NCBI RefSeq assembly: GCF_001870905.1 | Contig: NZ_LNDC01000104.1 | Coordinates: forward strand, 5,157 to 37,156 | DNA: 32,000 nt | Direction of reading: 5' to 3' | Origin: Geitlerinema sp. PCC 9228 | Lineage (GTDB): Bacteria > Cyanobacteriota > Cyanobacteriia > Cyanobacteriales > PCC-9228 | Part shown: piece by piece, positions 17,684 through 26,433 of the stretch | Layout: each line of letters opens with the position of its first letter | How positions within the stretch are numbered: position 1 is the first letter of the stretch | The notes under the pieces: model-generated | The model's database searches: none | The model's input: only the letters and a program-made list of their open reading frames with translations | Told to the model about the DNA's origin: nothing | Position numbers and translations under genes: made by a program

Positions 17684-18222
17684 TATTACATATACAAATT
17701 GTCAATTATAAGTATTTGAAAGGTAGTCAAATAGCCGATCGCAAACTATGCAATTTGGCAAGGAAAGTGCGATCGCAGAAAACGACCCATAACGAAACAT
17801 CAATCAAGAAAGTAATTCGATTTTTAGCCTATGTTAACAAGCAAGACTGGCGTGCAAGCAAAATTCTTAAAGGACTTGAGATAAGCGATAATGAAAAGAA
17901 AGCGCAAAAAATCTTTAATAAGGAAACCCTAGAAAACGAGTTTCACAAGCAAAACCAAAGTCGGGAAGCCACAGGTAAAGAGTTAATTCCCAGCTATCAT
18001 CTAGACAGTCTCAAACAAATTACAGATATACATCCTATCGATGTAGGAATTTTTAGAGCAGCTGATGATTGGGTTATCGAAACCTACCAAGAAACAGCAC
18101 GTATTCCCAATGAGAATGAGTGGAAAAGATTTCTAGCCAGCCCCTTAGATGGTACCATTAGTATTAGTCCAGCTCTGCAATGGCGATATAATTTCCGAAA
18201 TGTGTTTCAAGTACCTTCGTAA
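17680..18222 (+). CDS. hypothetical protein (180 aa); possible 3' half of the interrupted partner gene
   Basis: Same reading frame as 17065-17601. Its ATG lies inside the repeat tail (CAGAAATGG). Lys/Glu/Asn-rich, AT-rich codons. No family recognised. Confidence 0.4.
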   Translation: MVLHIQIVNYKYLKGSQIADRKLCNLARKVRSQKTTHNETSIKKVIRFLAYVNKQDWRASKILKGLEISDNEKKAQKIFNKETLENEFHKQNQSREATGKELIPSYHLDSLKQITDIHPIDVGIFRAADDWVIETYQETARIPNENEWKRFLASPLDGTISISPALQWRYNFRNVFQVPS

Positions 18223-18462
18223 AATTTAAAATGCACTATCATTCTCTTTACTATTTTTTGAAATCAAGAAATTGCCCAATTGCTGGGCTACCTTGTCCGT
18301 AAAACTTGCTCTTGCCACTCTTGTTGTTCCAGGCTATCATAGAGCTCGATTCCACAAAAGTTTTATTCCTATAGAAGTCCCTCCTCTCTTCTCTAAATCA
18401 CCAACGGTAATTTTTGCTACCAAGTTTTCCCTAACTCGCTTTTAATTGGGAGTTGTACCATC

Positions 18463-19374
18463 ATGAAACTCGATTTGAACTATGTAACCACTCGCTGGCA
18501 CTATCTCCAACAGCATCCTGCATTTAAAAAATCTCCCGTACAAGCAACATTTCGCATTCTGTACTGGGGAGTTCATTGTGCTTTGGGCATTCCTGCCACC
18601 ATTCAACTACCGAGATGGAATTGTAAATTTTTCTTGCCTCCCAAATTTCGACGTGCAGGTTCTACAGGAATTTTCATTACCCGCGAAGATTACGAACCAG
18701 AACTTGCTTATCTGGAAAACGTACTGTCTCCTGGTGATGTTTTTGTGGATGGTGGGGCCAATTTTGGCATCTATACCGTTGTGGCTGCTAGTTTGGTTGG
18801 TTCCTCAGGGCGGGTTCTGTCATTTGAACCCGGTGAAGCATCATTTGCTATTTTACAGAAAAATATTGACATCAATCAGTTTGATAATGTTACTGCTTTT
18901 CAAGCGGGATTGTCCGATCGCGAAGGAACGGCTCGATTTTACCATGTTGAAAATGCGCCCAATAGCTATTCTTTGGGCTCAGAAGCTGTGCCAAGCGGGG
19001 ATTTTGAAGAAATTATTACGACCACCCTCAATCGCGTTTTGGAAACGGAAGGGATCGATCGCTTGGATGTGGTGAAACTGGATGTGGAAGGAGCGGAGGA
19101 AATGGTGTTGCGGGGATCGCAAGCGACGTTGGAACGCCATCGACCCATGATTTTGTTTGAAATTAGCAAAAGTGCCACCCGGCGTTTGGGATTGAGTCAA
19201 GATGGCGCGTGGCAGTTTCTCGAACAATTGGGCTATCGCTTTTTTGCGCTTGACGAAAATCAGCAGCCAGTGGTGTTGGCAACTCCCAAGTTGGGCAATC
19301 ATATTGCTATTCACAAGGATAATCTCGACCCGCAAATGGCTGGAGCGAGCGCGCACGACCGAGATGCTAGCTAG
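18463..19374 (+). CDS. FkbM-family SAM-dependent methyltransferase
   Basis: VFVDGGANFGIYT (SAM-binding G-loop), V(L)SFEP, and DVVKLDVEGAEEMVLRG are typical of the FkbM family. Confidence 0.8.
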   Translation: MKLDLNYVTTRWHYLQQHPAFKKSPVQATFRILYWGVHCALGIPATIQLPRWNCKFFLPPKFRRAGSTGIFITREDYEPELAYLENVLSPGDVFVDGGANFGIYTVVAASLVGSSGRVLSFEPGEASFAILQKNIDINQFDNVTAFQAGLSDREGTARFYHVENAPNSYSLGSEAVPSGDFEEIITTTLNRVLETEGIDRLDVVKLDVEGAEEMVLRGSQATLERHRPMILFEISKSATRRLGLSQDGAWQFLEQLGYRFFALDENQQPVVLATPKLGNHIAIHKDNLDPQMAGASAHDRDAS

Positions 19375-19828
19375 GGGCATGGGTAGTTTTGGAAAAATCA
19401 CTGGCATTGCTGGTGATTCTTCCAGAATATTCCTTAATTTCAGCATATTAAAATAAAAAAAGCCAAAATAGGGCAGATTCTGTCAATTTTGAAACCATAC
19501 ACTGGTAGAACTGGCAGCTTCAATGGAAAACCGGCGATCGCTTCATATGCCGTGAACAATTATTCGGTCAGCTAAAACCAGCAATGACAAGCTGACCCAA
19601 CTTGCCAGTGGATTTTACGGATAAATTCACAAAAAGTCGTATTTTTTTATATTTTTTAATTTTTTTGATTTTGGCGAGCGATCGCCCTTGCGTACGATTA
19701 GACATCTCCAAAGCTCTGTTAGAAGTCAAAACGTTCGCATCAAAAAAAATCGATGAGCAGCGATGAATGTCTGTACCGGGGAATTTTGAACGAAAATTAA
19801 ACCAAAGTGAAACAAAAGTTAAACTTTT

Positions 19829-20212
19829 ATGAAATCAAAATATATGCCCGTAGATAAGATACAAAAGCAATCTAGCAATAAAAAGTTATCTCCAGACTAC
19901 TTAAATGCTAAAATAGGTCTTGATAGGGGACTAGAAAGCAACAGTTATTCCATGGCGAACAACCATCCAAACCGTACGAACAGCCAACTTAATCGAATTG
20001 TTGTACAAGTATCCGATGCCGATCTTAGACTGCTCACCATGCTTTCTAAAATTCACGGCCGCCCAGTACCCACCATTGCCGCTCAAATTCTGATGCGAGA
20101 ACTTGACAAAAGCCAAGAAACCATTAGAGGAAGAGTAGAAGCCTATGCCGCCAGTTGCAATATGACGGCTAAAGAGTTGGAAGATGCTTGGATGAATGAA
20201 AGTAGAAGCTAG
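19829..20212 (+). CDS. hypothetical protein with ribbon-helix-helix-like core
   Basis: RIVVQVSDADLRLLTMLSKIHGRPVPTIAAQILMRELDK fits a strand-helix-helix pattern. An alternative start at ATG 19952 (MANNHPN...) would give 86 aa. AT-rich upstream region. Confidence 0.45.
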   Translation: MKSKYMPVDKIQKQSSNKKLSPDYLNAKIGLDRGLESNSYSMANNHPNRTNSQLNRIVVQVSDADLRLLTMLSKIHGRPVPTIAAQILMRELDKSQETIRGRVEAYAASCNMTAKELEDAWMNESRS

Positions 20213-20323
20213 AGCGAGAACAACGCTCGGATAAGCCAAATCACGCTCCATGTCCATTCCATCAACAACGATATATCTCTTTCAAGTCCGCTCTATAAGC
20301 TTTTGCAAAAATCATAGAGCGCC

Positions 20324-20365
20324 CTTTTGGTATGCTTGTTTGTCAAAACTACAATGGTTATAGAG
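20324..20365 (+). repeat. right copy of the imperfect direct repeat bracketing the islet
   Basis: CTTTTGGTATGCTTG...TGGTTATAGAG. Like the left copy, it is preceded by a hairpin (CGCTCTAT-N17-ATAGAGCG, 20289-20321). Confidence 0.45.
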
Positions 20366-20422
20366 CTAGCAACTAGGCAGGCAGGGAACCCGATGATTGC
20401 ACGAATCGAGGAACTTGCCTGT

Positions 20423-23400
20423 CTAGCGCTCTCTCGGGAAACTAATGGAACCGCGACCAATGAGATCGCTGGCTAGGGGGGCTGAAACTGCTTTGGAAAA
20501 TAAATAGCCTTGCCCCAACAAACATCCCCACTGCTGCAATAGCGATCGCTGTTGGTGGGTTTCAATGCCTTCGGAGACGACGGCAACTCCCAAACTATTC
20601 GCCAAACTGAGAATCGACTGGGCGATCGCCCTGCCGGTCGCATCTTCTAACAAGTGGGAAATAAAAGTACGGTCAATTTTGATGGCGTTCAGGGGAAGCT
20701 CGTGCAACCGACTTAAAGACGAATATCCCGTACCAAAGTCGTCGTCGATGGAAATTCGCACGCCCAGAGATTGTAGATCTCGAAATACAGTTAAATTGTC
20801 AGCTTGTAAAAACCCTGTCTCCGTTACTTCCAAACCCAAGCACCGAGGAGATATCTGGTAAGAATTGAGTACCTCCTTTATTTTATCAGCCAATCCAGTT
20901 TCTCGCAACTGCAAAGGCGAAAGATTGACATTTAACACCAAAGATGCTGCTTGGGGAAATTGTTTTTGCCAGCAAAAGAGCTGGTAGCAAGCTTCTTGCA
21001 AGACCCATGCGCCAATTTCGTGGATGCTGCCCGTTTCTTCGGCTAGGGGAATAAACTCCGCCGGCGAAATCCAATCCCGTTGGGGATGGTACCAGCGCAA
21101 CAAGGCTTCAAACCCGTACAGGGAACCGGTATCCAAATGAACGATCGGTTGGTAGTACAGGCGAAATTCGCCACGGCTGGCAGCTCCCTTAATATCCTGC
21201 TCTAAATTAAACAAAGATAGGGTACGCTCGCGAATGCGCGGGTGGAAAAAGATGTAGCCACCCCCTTGAGATTTGGCTTCGTACATGGCGGCGTCGGCAT
21301 CGCGGAGCAAATCCGCTGGTTTTTGATAATCCGAAGTTCCCAACGTAATACCTATGCTGGCGCTAATGCAATATTGATGCCCTTGCAGTTGAAAAGGTTG
21401 CTGCAAAATGGTGAGAATCCATTCCGCCAAATCGGCTACTTCTTCTAGTTGGATATCCCGCAGTAAAATGGCAAATTCATCGCCGCCAAAACGTGCTACC
21501 ATATCGCGATCGCGTACCACCATTTGCAGGCGTTGCCCCACCAATTTTAACAGCACATCTCCCACCAAATGTCCCAAACTGTCGTTAATTCCTTTAAACC
21601 GATCCAGGTCGATAAAGAAAATAGCATAGTTTTGCGTACTATCTTGCTCGTCAATAATTTGCTGTAGCTGGTGGTTAAAACAATCGCGGTTGGGCAAACC
21701 CGTAAGGCTATCGTGGGAAGCTTGATATTGCAGTTTTTCTTCAGCGTGTTTGCGAGCGGAAATATCTTCAATAATTCCTTCAAAATACAGAAATTCCCTA
21801 GTTTCGGAATGATATACAGCGCGCTGGCTTTCACAAATCCAAATAATGCTGCCGTCTTGGCGGTATACCTGCGATTCCAAGTTGCGTACCTCTCCCTGTT
21901 CCAGGGTCAAGCGGGTAATTTCCCGGCGGCGGTTGGGGTCTACATAAATTTGCGTGGCAATGTTGTTAATGCTGTCGATGAGCTGTTCCGGCGTATCATA
22001 TCCGTACAAACGTGCCAGAAAAGGATTGGCGCTGAGGTACTTGCCTTCTAAGGAGGTTTGGAAAATCCCCTGGCTGATATTTTCAAAAATATTGCGGTAT
22101 TTGCGCTCGCTGCGGTGCAAGGCTTGGCGGGAACGCTGTTTTTCTTCAGCAATGGCAATGGCACTGGCAGCAAAACGGAGTAAGTTAATTTCCTGGGGTT
22201 GCCACTTTCGCTGGCGCATACATTCGTCGAACCCCAGCATGCCAAAAAACTCCCCGTCTACGATGAGGGGAATGCACACCAGAGAAATAATATTTTGTAC
22301 CCTCATAATTTGTTGCTCTTCTGGTGGCAGTTCGCTGGCATGAGAGGCGAGAACTTCTCCAGATAGAAATTTGCTGGCTGCGTAAGGATATCGCGTTTCT
22401 ATTGGGATGTCTTGCAAAGCGGGGTTGTCAATTTGGGGGTGGATACCGCTGGCACACCATTCTGCTTGTTGGCTTAACAACCACTCGCCATTTTCGCCAC
22501 GATGGGCGCGGAAAAAGTAAGTACGACTGGCGTTGGTGGCTTTGCCAAGAATTTCTAACACTTGTTGGTAAAGGGAGAGGGTAAGCTTTTTGCTCGTGAT
22601 GAGTCGGTTTTGTACTTTCACAACGGCACTCAAATAGCGATCGCGCATTTCTAAAGCTTGGGTGGCGGCTTTGCGCGTGGTGATGTCGGTATCCGAACCA
22701 ATCACGCGATCGGGGTGACCTTGCCCATCTCGGAGAAGTTTCCCCCTAGCCAGAATCCAACGCACGCTGCCGTCACGGTGGTACATGCGATGTTCCACTT
22801 CAAATGTAGAGGTTTCGCCAGCCAGATGTCGCTCGAAGGCCTGCTGTACTACCTCTAGATCCTCAGGATGAACCAGTTGAATCCAACTATCCATATGGTT
22901 GGGAATTTCAGTGTCTTGGTATCCCAACATTTGTTTTAAGTTGGGGGCAATGTAGATTTCGTTGGTATTTAAATTCCAATCCCACACCCCCACTTGAGCG
23001 CCGGCGGCGGCTAGCATGTACCGCTGTTCGCTGGCTTGCAGGGCGGCTTCCGTACGCTTGCGATCGCTAATATCCCGACAAACAAAAATCAAATCCCCAC
23101 AGGGCATGCGGGTAATGGAAAGTTCTTCGGTGAAGGTGGTACCATCCCGCCGTTTGGCAGTAATTTCGCCACGCCAGCATCCTTTTTCCGCCACGGTGGG
23201 GAATATATATTGCTGAAACCGCTCGATTTCTGTTTCGTCGTATAGCTGCTGCCAGGAACTCCCCAGCAAGTCTTCGGGGCTGTTATACCCAAACAAACTA
23301 GCATGAGCTTGGTTGACGTAGCAATACTTGCTGTTGCGCAAGACCGCCATACCGTCTACGGCAGCTTCTACCACCATGGCTTGGCGGCGTACTTCGTGGC

Positions 23401-24385
23401 GTACTGTACTTTGTTCGATGGCGATGCCGGCGAGTTTGGTGGCAGCTTCGGTCATACGCAGTTCCCAACTAGTGGGCGATCGCGGGATGTCGGCGTAGGT
23501 GCAAAATGTCCCCAACACTTCGCCGTTTTCGGCAAAAATGGGAAACGACCAAGCGGCGCGCAAACCGTAACTCAAGGCAAGGTCGCGAAAATCTTCCCAT
23601 AAGGGGTCGCTGGCAATGTCGCTGACAATAACGGGTTGGCGGCGATATACGGCGGTACCGCAACAACCTGCTTTGCTGCCAATGGTTACGCCGTCGATGG
23701 CGGCGCGGTAGCTTTCATCGATATTGGGGGCGATGTTGTTGGTTAGGCACTGGTGCTTTCGATCGAATCGTAAAATAGAATTGCGACAGCCGGGCATCAG
23801 CCGGTCCGTGCGTTCCACTAGTAAAATCAGGATATCTCGAATGGGTTGGTTGGTAGCGATCGCGGCTAAAACTTCGATCTGGTAAGCGAGAAACTGTTCC
23901 TCCCACTGGCGCGTGGTTGGTGGGGCCATTTGCCATTTGTCATGGAGAAAAACATCTTGCCCTTGGGGGGTTGCTTCTACCAACACAACCAAACAATCCT
24001 GCCACTGGTACAAACCCGAGCTCATACCCTGAAATTGGATGCTACTGCTGTTGGTTTTGAGTTGCCACTGAGTGGGATGGCTTTCTCCAGCCAAGAGGTG
24101 GTTGAGCTGGTCTGCTTGAAAACTGCTGCTGGTTTGTATCGTTGCTGTTCGATCGCTATGGTGGTTTCTATTGGCAAAATCTACTAAAGAAGAAATGCCC
24201 CACCATTGCAACGCTGCCTTATTCGCCCAAATTACTTGCTGACATTCAATATCGTATATCCAAATGGGCGATCGCAAGCGATTAAAAGCTTGTAAGTCGC
24301 TTTCGTATAAGGGTTTTATATGGTTGTGGTACAATTTAAGGTGAATTGGCTGAGTTTTTTTGCCACAGCTGTTAGCGCTGCTCAT
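20423..24385 (-). CDS. multi-sensor signalling protein: PAS/GAF repeats + GGDEF diguanylate cyclase + EAL phosphodiesterase
   Basis: 1320 aa. Intact GGDEF (RFGGDEFAILL) and intact EAL-domain motifs (EALLRW, DDFGTGYSSL, KIDRTFI, SEGIET). The N-terminal ~880 aa have alternating PAS-like and GAF-like segments joined by coiled linkers. Confidence 0.9.
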   Translation of the reverse strand: MSSANSCGKKTQPIHLKLYHNHIKPLYESDLQAFNRLRSPIWIYDIECQQVIWANKAALQWWGISSLVDFANRNHHSDRTATIQTSSSFQADQLNHLLAGESHPTQWQLKTNSSSIQFQGMSSGLYQWQDCLVVLVEATPQGQDVFLHDKWQMAPPTTRQWEEQFLAYQIEVLAAIATNQPIRDILILLVERTDRLMPGCRNSILRFDRKHQCLTNNIAPNIDESYRAAIDGVTIGSKAGCCGTAVYRRQPVIVSDIASDPLWEDFRDLALSYGLRAAWSFPIFAENGEVLGTFCTYADIPRSPTSWELRMTEAATKLAGIAIEQSTVRHEVRRQAMVVEAAVDGMAVLRNSKYCYVNQAHASLFGYNSPEDLLGSSWQQLYDETEIERFQQYIFPTVAEKGCWRGEITAKRRDGTTFTEELSITRMPCGDLIFVCRDISDRKRTEAALQASEQRYMLAAAGAQVGVWDWNLNTNEIYIAPNLKQMLGYQDTEIPNHMDSWIQLVHPEDLEVVQQAFERHLAGETSTFEVEHRMYHRDGSVRWILARGKLLRDGQGHPDRVIGSDTDITTRKAATQALEMRDRYLSAVVKVQNRLITSKKLTLSLYQQVLEILGKATNASRTYFFRAHRGENGEWLLSQQAEWCASGIHPQIDNPALQDIPIETRYPYAASKFLSGEVLASHASELPPEEQQIMRVQNIISLVCIPLIVDGEFFGMLGFDECMRQRKWQPQEINLLRFAASAIAIAEEKQRSRQALHRSERKYRNIFENISQGIFQTSLEGKYLSANPFLARLYGYDTPEQLIDSINNIATQIYVDPNRRREITRLTLEQGEVRNLESQVYRQDGSIIWICESQRAVYHSETREFLYFEGIIEDISARKHAEEKLQYQASHDSLTGLPNRDCFNHQLQQIIDEQDSTQNYAIFFIDLDRFKGINDSLGHLVGDVLLKLVGQRLQMVVRDRDMVARFGGDEFAILLRDIQLEEVADLAEWILTILQQPFQLQGHQYCISASIGITLGTSDYQKPADLLRDADAAMYEAKSQGGGYIFFHPRIRERTLSLFNLEQDIKGAASRGEFRLYYQPIVHLDTGSLYGFEALLRWYHPQRDWISPAEFIPLAEETGSIHEIGAWVLQEACYQLFCWQKQFPQAASLVLNVNLSPLQLRETGLADKIKEVLNSYQISPRCLGLEVTETGFLQADNLTVFRDLQSLGVRISIDDDFGTGYSSLSRLHELPLNAIKIDRTFISHLLEDATGRAIAQSILSLANSLGVAVVSEGIETHQQRSLLQQWGCLLGQGYLFSKAVSAPLASDLIGRGSISFPRER

Positions 24386-24748
24386 TACCCTCTATCCTCA
24401 AAGAGTGGGAATTTAAGCTATACGGATATGTGATGGCGTTGGATATTTTCCCTAGTCTAACGAAAATTCATTAGAAATGGGTTGGTTTGGAATTTCGTTT
24501 TCGATAGTAATGCAATCAAAATACTATGTCCATAAATTCTCTATAGAACTTCTGTTTAAGAGATAGCGACATGTTAAGTTATATCAACTATCTATACCAA
24601 TATTCCCCAAAAATGGCGATCGCTATCAGATCGACTTAAGTGATTTCCCAGAAATTTTTTTTCCATCAAATCCCTAGGTAGGGGATATTACGGCAATATC
24701 GGGTTGTAACAATAATTTATAGTAAGACTGTTCCACGATTGTCAACTT

Positions 24749-24787
24749 AAAAAATAAGTAGGTACGAAACGCCATTCGCACCTACTT
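24749..24787 (-). terminator. Rho-independent terminator of hom
   Basis: On the minus strand: AAGUAGGU-g-CGAA-UGGCGU-UUCG-u-ACCUACUU followed by AUUUUUU, about 50 nt after the hom stop. Confidence 0.6.
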
Positions 24788-24838
24788 GCTAGTTGGCCCG
24801 AGTAATGGCCTGTTTTTGTCCAGTTGCTCTGACAGCGG

Positions 24839-26197
24839 TTAAAGCACCCGCAAAACACTAGGGATGCTATCGATGGGGTCAGTTTCTACCAGCTCTGCCA
24901 GTGCCTGGCGAAAATCCCCTTCGCGTACATCGTGGGTAATTACTACTATTTCCGCGATTTCTCCTTTGCGATCGATTTGCACCACCGATTCCAAACTAAC
25001 GCCGAATTTGCCAAAGCAAGTTCCCACTTTGCCAATGACGCCAGGGCGATCGGGGCTCAGTACCCGTGCGTAGAATCGCGTAACCAAATCTTCCATGGGT
25101 ACAATTTGGCAGGCGTGTTGGTGTTGGCAGCTCAGCAAAGGATGGGGAACGTCTACTTTGGTTCTTGGCTGTTGGTCGGGAAACTGTTGGGAGAGGGTTT
25201 GTGCTTCTAGTTCTTCTACTTTCAAGGTAGCGGCGATGTTGAGAATGTCGGCCGTTACCGCACTGGCGGTGGCACCCGCTCCTGCTCCCGGACCGGAAAA
25301 GACCACCTGTCCTAGGGGATCTCCTTCCACGACAATGGCATTGTTGACGCCATTGACGCTGGCGAGGGGATGGTCTTTGGGAACCAGGGTGGGATGAACT
25401 CGCACTTGCAAGCGATCGCGTTGGTAAGTGTCTTGGGTGGGGTCGGGTTTGGCAATGGCTAGCAGTTTCACGGCAAACCCCAAGCGATCGGCGTAGGAAA
25501 TATCCGTGGCATTAATCTGGCGAATGCCTTCCCGATGCACTGCTTCCAGGTCAATTTCGCCGCTGTAGGCAAGGGAGGCCAAAATGGCAATTTTATCGGC
25601 GGCGTCGTACCCATCTACGTCGGCAGTGGGGTCGGCTTCTGCGTATCCCAACGCCTGTGCTTGCGCCAAGACTCCCTCAAAACCGGCTCCTTCGGTTTGC
25701 ATGCGGCTGAGGATGTAGTTGGTGGTGCCGTTGACAATACCGGTGATGGATTGAATGCGGTTGACCACCAGGGATTGGGTTAGCGGTGCGATCGCGGGAA
25801 TACCACCAGCAACGGCAGCTTCCAACAATACGTAAACGCCGGCTTCGTTGGCGGCTTGAAAGATTTCGTTGCCGTAGCGGGAAATCACGGCTTTGTTGGC
25901 GGTGACCACATGTTTGCGGTGTTCGATCGCTTTTAAAATCAGCGATCGCGCTGGTTCCAGACCGCCCAACAGTTCTACGACAATTTCGATATCGGGGTCG
26001 GTGACAATTTCGGTTAAATCGGTTTGCAACACCCCTGCCGGTAGCTGTACCTCGCGGGGTTTGTCTAACGAGTTGACCCCTACCCGATGCAGTTTTAATT
26101 CCTGCAGCAGGGGATGTCGTCCTTGCGGGTCCAGCAAAATTTTTGCCGTTCCCGTACCGACCGTTCCTAATCCCAGCAACCCAATTTTAAAAGCCAC
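24839..26197 (-). CDS. hom: homoserine dehydrogenase with C-terminal ACT domain
   Basis: NAD-binding IGLLGLGTVGTG, the catalytic region ANKAV...GIVNGTTNYIL, and an ACT-like C-terminus (RFYARVLSPDRPGVIGKVGTCFGKFGVSLESV). Confidence 0.9.
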   Translation of the reverse strand: MAFKIGLLGLGTVGTGTAKILLDPQGRHPLLQELKLHRVGVNSLDKPREVQLPAGVLQTDLTEIVTDPDIEIVVELLGGLEPARSLILKAIEHRKHVVTANKAVISRYGNEIFQAANEAGVYVLLEAAVAGGIPAIAPLTQSLVVNRIQSITGIVNGTTNYILSRMQTEGAGFEGVLAQAQALGYAEADPTADVDGYDAADKIAILASLAYSGEIDLEAVHREGIRQINATDISYADRLGFAVKLLAIAKPDPTQDTYQRDRLQVRVHPTLVPKDHPLASVNGVNNAIVVEGDPLGQVVFSGPGAGAGATASAVTADILNIAATLKVEELEAQTLSQQFPDQQPRTKVDVPHPLLSCQHQHACQIVPMEDLVTRFYARVLSPDRPGVIGKVGTCFGKFGVSLESVVQIDRKGEIAEIVVITHDVREGDFRQALAELVETDPIDSIPSVLRVL

Positions 26198-26433
26198 AAT
26201 AGATTCCTTATGTATTCGGAGTTTTCAGCTACCGCTTCATTATATGGGAGCTTCCAGCCAACAGAAAACCGGCAGAAGGAATTGAGTGGACGGAGGCTGT
26301 ATCGCCAAACCACCGAGCTGGAATCGATCGAAATGGTTTTTCAAAATAGCGATCGCTTTCAATCCCCCAAACTACTTGGAAAGGGGGCTTTAGATATCTA
26401 GAATTTTACCAGATATTTCTCTTGCCATTCTTC

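Noticed and set aside
17065-18222. Vsr (very-short-patch repair endonuclease) as the gene following the C5 methyltransferase
   Set aside because: The size, the lack of the conserved Vsr N-terminal and His/Cys zinc-site pattern, and the overall composition do not fit.
18312-18340. TTGCCA-N17-TATCAT promoter-like hexamers upstream of the FkbM gene
   Set aside because: Such matches are frequent in AT-rich spacers and I have no transcript evidence. It is mentioned in a finding but not reported as a feature.
18578-19075. 165-aa alternative-frame ORF and two antisense ORFs (18966-19446) over the FkbM gene
   Set aside because: They are hydrophobic or Ser/Arg-rich off-frame translations inside a gene with clear methyltransferase motifs.
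19395-19420. Hairpin AATCACTGG-CATTG-CTGGTGATT after the FkbM stop as a terminator
   Set aside because: The stem contains two G-U pairs and is followed by CTTCCAGAAT rather than a U-run, so support is insufficient.
15990-20324. Search for an integrase, transposase, recombinase or tRNA attachment site that would explain islet mobility
   Set aside because: None of the ORFs of 60 aa or more in the islet has recombinase-like motifs, and no tRNA gene flanks it. Mobility is inferred only from the direct repeats and composition.
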